A stretch of DNA of 64,000 bases, taken from assembly GCA_034439895.1 (NCBI GenBank), contig JAWXBF010000013.1:1888-65887 (forward strand), read 5' to 3'. This stretch comes from Deltaproteobacteria bacterium (GTDB lineage: Bacteria; Myxococcota_A; Polyangia; Fen-1088). Made by a program: the position numbers and the translations under genes. The notes under the pieces were generated by a model. That model worked only from the letters and a program-made list of their open reading frames with translations, did not search any database and was not told where the DNA came from. Within the stretch, counting starts at the first letter, position 1; each line of letters starts with the position of its first letter. This document shows positions 58,096-64,000 of this stretch, in pieces.

Positions 58096-58249
58096 TTGAA
58101 TTGCTTCGCCTTGCTCGGACGTGGGGACGACCGAAAGTTTCGTAGAGGCTAAACGGGTACCACCGTTCCCGGTGACGGGCAAGTACGCAGACCTGACGAG
58201 GGCGCGACTTGACACGCCGGGTCAGCATCGAAGCCGATCGTCTGCGATC

Positions 58250-58278
58250 TTGACATCTGGCACGCCGCTCCGTACAAC
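58250..58278 (+). promoter_or_regulatory. Putative sigma-70 promoter of the tRNA cluster
   Basis: TTGACA (58250-58255), 17-nt spacer, TACAAC (58273-58278), 12 nt before the first tRNA 5' end. A second TTGACA lies at 58209. Confidence 0.35.
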
Positions 58279-58290
58279 AACGGGCCTTCT

Positions 58291-58361
58291 TCGGGGATCG
58301 TCTAACGGCAGGACGCGAGTTTCTGGTTCTCGCTATTGGGGTTCGAATCCCTATCCCCGAA
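58291..58361 (+). tRNA. tRNA-Gln: tRNA-Gln (anticodon CTG)
   Basis: Cloverleaf: acceptor TCGGGGA/TCCCCGA, D-arm GTCT..GGAC, anticodon arm CGAGT-ttCTGgt-TCTCG with a U·U closing mismatch, T-arm TGGGG-TTCGAAT-CCCTA. CCA not encoded. Confidence 0.65.
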
Positions 58362-58382
58362 CACAATTTAATATCGAACCAC

Positions 58383-58453
58383 TCGGGGATCGTCTAATGG
58401 CAGGACGCAGGCCTTTGGAGCCTGCTATCAAGGTTCGACCCCTTGTCCCCGAA
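58383..58453 (+). tRNA. tRNA-Gln: tRNA-Gln (anticodon TTG)
   Basis: Acceptor TCGGGGA/TCCCCGA. Anticodon arm CAGGC-ctTTGga-GCCTG. T-arm CAAGG-TTCGACC-CCTTG. Same acceptor/D-arm as the first tRNA. Confidence 0.75.
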
Positions 58454-58502
58454 CATTCCCGTGCTTCTTCCCTGGCTTGAAAAACTGAATATCGAACTTT
58501 CC

Positions 58503-58574
58503 GGCCCCATAGTCTAGCGGTTAGGACGGCGCCCTCTCACGGCGCAGTCCCGGGTTCAATTCCCGGTGGGGTCA
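58503..58574 (+). tRNA. tRNA-Glu: tRNA-Glu (anticodon CTC)
   Basis: GGCCCCATAGTCTAGCGGTTAGGAC-GGCGC-ctCTCac-GGCGC-...-CCCGGGTTCAATTCCCGG-TGGGGTC-A. Closely resembles bacterial tRNA-Glu. Confidence 0.75.
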
Positions 58575-58660
58575 CAACTTTTCGCCGGCGCTTGCGCGAC
58601 CTTGCGTGTCGCAAAACCGCGGGTTTCGGGTGAACCGGGGCTCGGCTCTACAAAAGCGGG

Positions 58661-58942
58661 ATGGCTGGCGTGCCGATTCTAGAATCCATACTGATGGGCG
58701 CCAGCAAGACCGAATCTCCAATTCCGGAAGCCCGAGTGGACGATTTGAACCTGTCGAGCGAAACCGATTCGGCCACGTGGCGCGGACGGCTTGATACCAT
58801 GGCCGAACGTCGACTTGCCCAAGCACGTGCCCGGCTTGAGGCAATGGGGATCGTGGACCGAAATGGACAACTCGTGTCCGACGAGTTGCCCTCCGACATG
58901 CAGCCGGGCTCGCTAGCCAGCGTGACCCTCCAACCGAATTAG
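58661..58942 (+). CDS. Hypothetical small protein (weak call)
   Basis: 93-aa ORF in the tRNA-OsmC spacer. No motif. Could be non-coding. Confidence 0.2.
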   Translation: MAGVPILESILMGASKTESPIPEARVDDLNLSSETDSATWRGRLDTMAERRLAQARARLEAMGIVDRNGQLVSDELPSDMQPGSLASVTLQPN

Positions 58943-58984
58943 CTATCCTCGACGGAGCAGCGAACGACTTCAGATCGACTTCGT

Positions 58985-59434
58985 TCACGGCGACGACAGG
59001 ACCTTGACCCGCACGTCCAGCCCCGCGCGGACGCTTTGGGTCACCGTGCAGAAGTCCTCGAACGAGGGGATGCATTTTTCGAGCGCAGCCCCGTCCACAC
59101 CCGGGCCGGGATCCAGTTCCACGTCCAGGTGGCCGATCCGGATCCGCTTTTGTTCATTGCGGACCAGCGTCACGTGAACCCGTGCCTTCACCCCCGTCGG
59201 CATCGCACCGGCGCGCTTCATGCAAAAGGTCAGGCTTGCTGCCAAACAGTTACCAACGGCGGCCGCCAGAAAACGCGCAGCACTGGGAGCGGCATCCTGT
59301 CCAAGTGGGGCAGGCTCGTCCATGCGCACCTCGGCGTACTGTTCTTTGTCGAAACGGACGCGAAACTCGAAGCCCTCCACTTGCTCGACCGAAATGTTGA
59401 ATTCTGCAGCGACCGTTTCCGTTGGGGTACCCAT
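58985..59434 (-). CDS. OsmC/Ohr-family peroxiredoxin-like protein
   Basis: AAAVGNCLAASLTFC and a second conserved Cys region (CIPSFEDFCTVTQS). About 149 aa, typical OsmC size. Confidence 0.7.
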   Translation of the reverse strand: MGTPTETVAAEFNISVEQVEGFEFRVRFDKEQYAEVRMDEPAPLGQDAAPSAARFLAAAVGNCLAASLTFCMKRAGAMPTGVKARVHVTLVRNEQKRIRIGHLDVELDPGPGVDGAALEKCIPSFEDFCTVTQSVRAGLDVRVKVLSSP

Positions 59435-59451
59435 GTTTATTGGAGCCCAGT

Positions 59452-60063
59452 TTAGGCGTTATGGGTTCGCAGAAAAGACGAAACCGCGGCGAATATTTCG
59501 GCATCCACGTCGGCCTGGGTTTGATTGCGTTGCTTCAAGGCTGTCTTCGTCACCTGCAGCGAGTGATCACCGCCGTCCACAACAAACAAGGTGCTGGCGG
59601 CGGTCATCTGGCGGCGCACATTTTCCAAGTCATCCAGCGGGCTGAGCGGATCGCGGGTGCCCTGCACAAAAAGAATCGGGGACCGCAATTGCAGCAGGCA
59701 CTGTGCACGCAGTTCCGCCTTGTCTCCGGTGCCAAGGGGAAAACCAAAGCAGATCAATGCCGCAACCCGGTCGGGCAGGGCGCCCGCACCATGGCAGCCG
59801 ATGCGAGAGCCCATCGACTTGCCAGCAAGGACCACCTTGCCCTTGTGTTGCGTTTTGTTGCAGGCGTCATCGATGGCGGCGATATGTGCGGCGATTAACA
59901 CCGACTGTCGATCGGGACGCTTCGATCCTGCCAGCATGTAAGGGTAGTCAAACGTGTGTACGTCGCCTATCGCAGTCAGGCGCTCGCGCCAGGCCATCAT
60001 CCATGGGTGACGGCTGGGCGCGCCGGCCCCATGGGCGAAAACGATGACGCGAGAATCGAACAT
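59452..60063 (-). CDS. Alpha/beta-hydrolase (predicted esterase, KANL3/Tex30-like)
   Basis: VIVFAHGAGAPSRHPWM... Nucleophile elbow GKSMGSRIG. C-terminal His region DGGDHSL. About 200 aa single-domain hydrolase. Start at MFDSRVIVF. Confidence 0.6.
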   Translation of the reverse strand: MFDSRVIVFAHGAGAPSRHPWMMAWRERLTAIGDVHTFDYPYMLAGSKRPDRQSVLIAAHIAAIDDACNKTQHKGKVVLAGKSMGSRIGCHGAGALPDRVAALICFGFPLGTGDKAELRAQCLLQLRSPILFVQGTRDPLSPLDDLENVRRQMTAASTLFVVDGGDHSLQVTKTALKQRNQTQADVDAEIFAAVSSFLRTHNA

Positions 60064-60140
60064 GGGTTGGGGATAGCACCGTGGTTGATGCCCTTGCAAT
60101 CATGACGGAATTGGTTCAGGGTCTATTTGTTCGGTAACAA

Positions 60141-61580
60141 ATGGGCAGCAATGCTCCTTTGGACTATTTAGCGGGGGATTTTATCGTGAAACGATTGGGA
60201 TTCGTTTTTCTTGCGGGTTTGGTTTTCGGCTGTGGTTCGGATGGAACGTCGACTCCGAACGATGCCACGGTTGGAAGAAACGACGCCGAACCCGATGCCG
60301 GAACCGATGCGAATGCCATCGATGAAGCCGGTCCGACGAAACTGTCCCTGGCAGTCACGGTGCGCCTTCAGGTCACGCCTCCGCCCTATGTTTTCGGGTA
60401 CGTCTTTCCCACCAGCCATTCGTTTTCGCTCACTGTGGACAAGGACGGAAAAGGTATCATCGGATCGCAGGGATTTGCCGTACGGGTAACCATGGACAAG
60501 ACCGGTAACGTGTGGCGTATCAAGAAGCCCATGTCGATCTCGGCGCCACATTCGTCCTACTACGGATGCGGGGACTCGCCGATCATCGTGTACGAAACCC
60601 TCGAAATCAGGGCCGGTAGCAATTGCACCGGGACGGTCTCTGGATCGGCTGGGGCAGCCCGAGAGGACACGTTCACCATGGCGCCTTTCACAGGGACGCT
60701 CACCTGTGTGCCGGATGAACGTCCTCGTTTCTGGACGCCAAGTGCGAACGTCGCACCGTCACCGCTACCCCCGCCGATTTGGATCGGGTTGCCGTTGCCG
60801 CCAAGCGCGCACTACGTAAACAAGCCACTCATCGCCGACGCGAAGGCTTCCATGGTTCACGTCGAAAGTGGAACCGTCTATCCGCTGATTCCAATCCAGA
60901 ATGAGGGTTCTGTATCGACATTCCATGAACCCTCCATCCTGAAGCGACCCGGCCACTACATGATCAGGGCAGAAACAATCTTTGTGGACTTCAACGGCGA
61001 CTCGCCGGTCGATTCCGTACTACATCAATCGGAGTCCGCCGGCCCGGCTATTCCTGTGCTCACCGATCCTGGATTCGACGTCCCGGTGGCGTCGGGGCTC
61101 GCGATCAACGCTCTCTTTGTGGATGCCACATCCTTCACGGTTATTGATGGTAAGCGATCTCTGTTGCTGCTTCCGGGCTACAACAACGGGGGATCTGCCG
61201 CTTTCAGGATCCCCCTTAAAGTCGGGGTTCTTAACCTTCGTTTCAAATTTCGTCGGGTTTGGGATCGAAATGCGATCGAACGAACACCGACCGTTGCGAT
61301 CGGTGTCCTTGGCACCAGTCCGGCATTTGCGGAATTGCCAGTTCATACGGGCGAGGGTGAGCCGGTTGAATATCAAATACCCAGCGAATCAGCGAAGCGC
61401 CCTCTCCAGATCGGGCCCGTCCTGGAGGCAGAGATCCCACTCTCAATGCTCGGTCCGTCGATCACCGATGCTTCTGAGGTTTACGTATTCTTCGTCGGCC
61501 GGATTAGCCCGCGTTGTTCAGGCGGGGTACTTTTCGGATTCGCGCCCGGCATCCTCATCGATAACCTGCGCGTTGAGTGA
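60141..61580 (+). CDS. Hypothetical lipoprotein (lower-GC)
   Basis: Lipobox LAGLVFGC. No recognisable domain. GC ~55% versus ~65% background. Confidence 0.45.
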   Translation: MGSNAPLDYLAGDFIVKRLGFVFLAGLVFGCGSDGTSTPNDATVGRNDAEPDAGTDANAIDEAGPTKLSLAVTVRLQVTPPPYVFGYVFPTSHSFSLTVDKDGKGIIGSQGFAVRVTMDKTGNVWRIKKPMSISAPHSSYYGCGDSPIIVYETLEIRAGSNCTGTVSGSAGAAREDTFTMAPFTGTLTCVPDERPRFWTPSANVAPSPLPPPIWIGLPLPPSAHYVNKPLIADAKASMVHVESGTVYPLIPIQNEGSVSTFHEPSILKRPGHYMIRAETIFVDFNGDSPVDSVLHQSESAGPAIPVLTDPGFDVPVASGLAINALFVDATSFTVIDGKRSLLLLPGYNNGGSAAFRIPLKVGVLNLRFKFRRVWDRNAIERTPTVAIGVLGTSPAFAELPVHTGEGEPVEYQIPSESAKRPLQIGPVLEAEIPLSMLGPSITDASEVYVFFVGRISPRCSGGVLFGFAPGILIDNLRVE

Positions 61581-64000
61581 TCATCCTATCGGCTTGATCC
61601 GGGCCATTTGCAATGCGAATTGTTTGTCCTTGCGAGCGACAGCGAAGACCGGGCTGTACTTCGGCCAGAACGCCAGATGGGGCGATCGTTCATCCACGGC
61701 GCGTTCAAGCAAGGTGAAGAAGGCATCCATCTGTCCGAGGCCCAGGTGAACCAGGGCCGGATTGAAGGAAGGCATCGGCGCATCCGCAAGCAACGTGTGC
61801 AGCGTTTCGGTCGCTTCGTTGCTTTTTTTCAGCACACCCTGGGTGAAGCCGAGCAGGGCCACGTAAAGTGGCGTCTTGCCGTCGGTCAATCGAACGGCCG
61901 TCTGGAATGATTCCAGTGCTTTTTCGGGCTTGCCCGCACCAAACCAGATCTCGCCGGAAATATGGTGTCCGCGCGAAAACTCGGGATTGCGTTTCATCAC
62001 CTCGACGATTTGTTTCTCGGCCTCACCTTGCCGGCCTTGCAGGTGAAGAAACCAGGCCAGGTCGGCACCGAAGACCGCTGACAGAGGATCCAGATCGACC
62101 GCACGTTTCATTGACGCCAGCACCTCGGCTGGTTGGCCGAGCGCCATCAAGTTTGCGCAGCGCCAGTGGTGCGCTTGACCCAAGTTTGCATTCCGTTGCA
62201 CCGCGCGTGCGTACAGTTGTTCTGACTTTACGAAATCCCAGCTGTAGAAAAACGTCGGCAAGGCCAGTGCCACCAGGGCTTCGGGTAAATCGGGCTCCAG
62301 CTCCATCGCCTTCTCGGCCGCAAACAGCGCCCGTTCGGCGGATTCGCGCGGGGGTGTACGCGAGTAATACGAAATAAGTGCCTGCGTGTTCGAGAGACCA
62401 CAAAAGGCGAGCGCAAAGCGCGGGTCCATTTTGATTGCCGTCTTGAAGTGAAATTCAGCCAGCGCCAGCTCCGAGGGCGTGCGACGAAACAGAGCCGCGC
62501 GCCCGCGCAAATATTCGTCGTAGCTTTGTACGCTGGAGGTCGAGGCTGTTTTCAGTTCCTTCTCCTCGCTTTGGCTGATCTGCACGTCGACGCCGTGAGC
62601 AACCGATGCCGCGATTTCGTTTTGAATTGCGAAAACGTCGGACACCTCGCGTTGGAACGTTTCGGCCCACGTGGCAACGCCGCTGACCACGTCCAGAAGG
62701 CGCGCGGAAATTTTGAGACGCGCACCCACCCTCTGCACGGTGCCCTCGACCAGCGCGTCGACGTTCAAGGCTTTACCAATCTCCATTGTGCTGACCGCCT
62801 TGCCCTTGAACTGAAATGCGGAAGTGCGGGACACCACGCGCAAGCCCTTGAGCCGTGTCAGACGGTCGATGATCTCGTCGGCGATGCCATCGCTGTAATA
62901 TTCATTCTCTGGATCGCCGCCGACGTTCTCGAAAGGCAACACGGCAATTCCGCTCAAGCCGCGACCGAGTTTGCCCAGCCAACCTTTTTGGTATGCGACG
63001 CCGGTCACCGTGGTGGCAGCAACGACGCCCGTTGACACAATCAACACCGTTCGCCGTGTGGTTCGCGGTTGCACGGGCGGCATCGTGATCGCGGGAGCGG
63101 GACCTGGGGGGGCAGTGGGTGAAACCGGCGTCATGAACTCGACCGGCCGAACCCGGTTGCCGTAGGGTGTCGTGCCGGATGCGGGAAGCGTATCGTTGAC
63201 AGGGGCCGGTGCCGATAGACGGTGGCTGACGTAGGCCACGCCGGAAACTTCCTTGAGTGCCGCCAGCAGATCCAACATGGAGGCGTAACGGTCGTTCGGC
63301 GATTTTGCGAGACACGTCAACACCAGTGCTTCTAGCGCGGCAGAAATCGATGGATCGATGGACCGCAGAGGTGGTGGTGGCATGTTGATATGCATGACCA
63401 CCAGTTCGCCAAAGCCCTCTGAAAAGAATGGCGGACGTCCCACGGCCATCTCGTGCAGGATGATGCCGAGTGAATAGATGTCGCTGCGGGCATCGAGCTC
63501 TTTCGTAGCACGGCACTGTTCGGGCGACATGTAGACCGGCGTGCCGATCAACATGCCGGAGTTGGTCTTCACGGATGATCCCGGGGTCGCCACCTGAAGT
63601 TTTGCGATGCCGAAGTCGAGGACCTTGATGAACTCACGTTCAACTTCGGGCAGATTGACGATGAACAAATTTTCGGGTTTCAGATCGCGGTGGATGATCC
63701 CCTTGCGGTGAGCCGCGCCAACGGCCGACGCGATCTGTTGGCTGAACTCGAACAACTGATCCAGTGGAAGTCGACCCTGGCGCCTGATTCGCGCCGCCAC
63801 CGATTCACCCTCGAGGAACTCCATCACGAGGTAGGGGGTCCCATCCTCCGTGGTTCCGGAATCCAGGATCTCGATCAAATTGGGGTGGCGGATCGCATTG
63901 GCAGCTCGCGCTTCGTTGAGAAAGCGGCCCAAAACCTGCGTGTCGCGATCAAAACCGTTGTGCAGGACCTTGATGGCGACCTTGCGTCCGATCTCGGGAT
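61581..64000 (-). CDS. Ser/Thr protein kinase with TM helix, TolB-N-like domain and C-terminal TPR array (5' end beyond window)
   Basis: In-frame continuation to the window edge encodes ...IGRKVAIKVLHNG (kinase subdomain II Lys). HRDLKPEN, DFG, GTPVYMSPE. TM RRTVLIVSTGVVAATTV. GIAVLPFENVGGDPENEYYSDGIADEI. Then TPR repeats to the stop at 61581. Confidence 0.85.
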   Translation of the reverse strand, partial: PEIGRKVAIKVLHNGFDRDTQVLGRFLNEARAANAIRHPNLIEILDSGTTEDGTPYLVMEFLEGESVAARIRRQGRLPLDQLFEFSQQIASAVGAAHRKGIIHRDLKPENLFIVNLPEVEREFIKVLDFGIAKLQVATPGSSVKTNSGMLIGTPVYMSPEQCRATKELDARSDIYSLGIILHEMAVGRPPFFSEGFGELVVMHINMPPPPLRSIDPSISAALEALVLTCLAKSPNDRYASMLDLLAALKEVSGVAYVSHRLSAPAPVNDTLPASGTTPYGNRVRPVEFMTPVSPTAPPGPAPAITMPPVQPRTTRRTVLIVSTGVVAATTVTGVAYQKGWLGKLGRGLSGIAVLPFENVGGDPENEYYSDGIADEIIDRLTRLKGLRVVSRTSAFQFKGKAVSTMEIGKALNVDALVEGTVQRVGARLKISARLLDVVSGVATWAETFQREVSDVFAIQNEIAASVAHGVDVQISQSEEKELKTASTSSVQSYDEYLRGRAALFRRTPSELALAEFHFKTAIKMDPRFALAFCGLSNTQALISYYSRTPPRESAERALFAAEKAMELEPDLPEALVALALPTFFYSWDFVKSEQLYARAVQRNANLGQAHHWRCANLMALGQPAEVLASMKRAVDLDPLSAVFGADLAWFLHLQGRQGEAEKQIVEVMKRNPEFSRGHHISGEIWFGAGKPEKALESFQTAVRLTDGKTPLYVALLGFTQGVLKKSNEATETLHTLLADAPMPSFNPALVHLGLGQMDAFFTLLERAVDERSPHLAFWPKYSPVFAVARKDKQFALQMARIKPIG

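Noticed and set aside
58575-58660. Possible rho-independent terminator after tRNA-Glu (AAACC-GCG-GGTTT)
   Set aside because: The stem is only 5 bp and AT-rich, the loop is 3 nt, and there is no U-tract. Too weak to call.

Overview
High-GC (~65%) chromosomal segment, most likely from a Myxococcota genome. Three lines of evidence point that way: a MYXO-CTERM-like sorting tail on a DUF2330 protein, a lipoprotein carrying about nine 'Myxococcus cysteine-rich repeats' (CGNGxxExGExCD), and PEGA/TPR proteins plus a TPR-coupled Ser/Thr kinase. The housekeeping backbone is: gap (3' end), an RluA-family pseudouridine synthase, a fadB-like/thiolase beta-oxidation pair, mgtE, tilS-ftsH-[DUF2330]-folP-glmM-pdxJ-nnr, comEC, and a tRNA-Gln/Gln/Glu cluster. 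Interspersed with these are accessory features. The first 15 kb holds three type II toxin-antitoxin loci: an RHH antitoxin with a truncated PIN remnant, a RelB/ParD-like antitoxin with RelE/ParE toxin, and an intact VapBC pair. A 1.7-kb insert sits at the 3' end of mgtE, flanked by a 30-bp imperfect direct repeat. It carries a LamG/ASH-domain lipoprotein gene interrupted by an in-frame TAG. A translationally coupled three-gene cassette (DHQS-like sugar-phosphate cyclase, TIM-barrel protein, UbiA prenyltransferase) resembles a minimal 'ebo' cluster. A four-gene operon runs ECF sigma, anti-sigma, secreted Arg/Glu-rich protein, TPR/beta-barrel outer-membrane protein. A second ECF sigma is paired with a FecR-like anti-sigma. 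A STAND NTPase-TPR protein is present. A GldA/F/G-like ABC transporter with a DUF4340 protein lies downstream of the giant Cys-rich-repeat lipoprotein. A PP2C phosphatase fused to a cyclic-nucleotide-binding domain is translationally coupled to a 579-aa protein of unknown function. No CRISPR array, integrase, transposase or rRNA was found. All calls rest on reading the provided ORF translations and the raw sequence, with no database search. Coordinates of starts follow the ORF track; a suspected 1-nt reading discrepancy near position 3360-3420 means manually derived positions there may be off by one.
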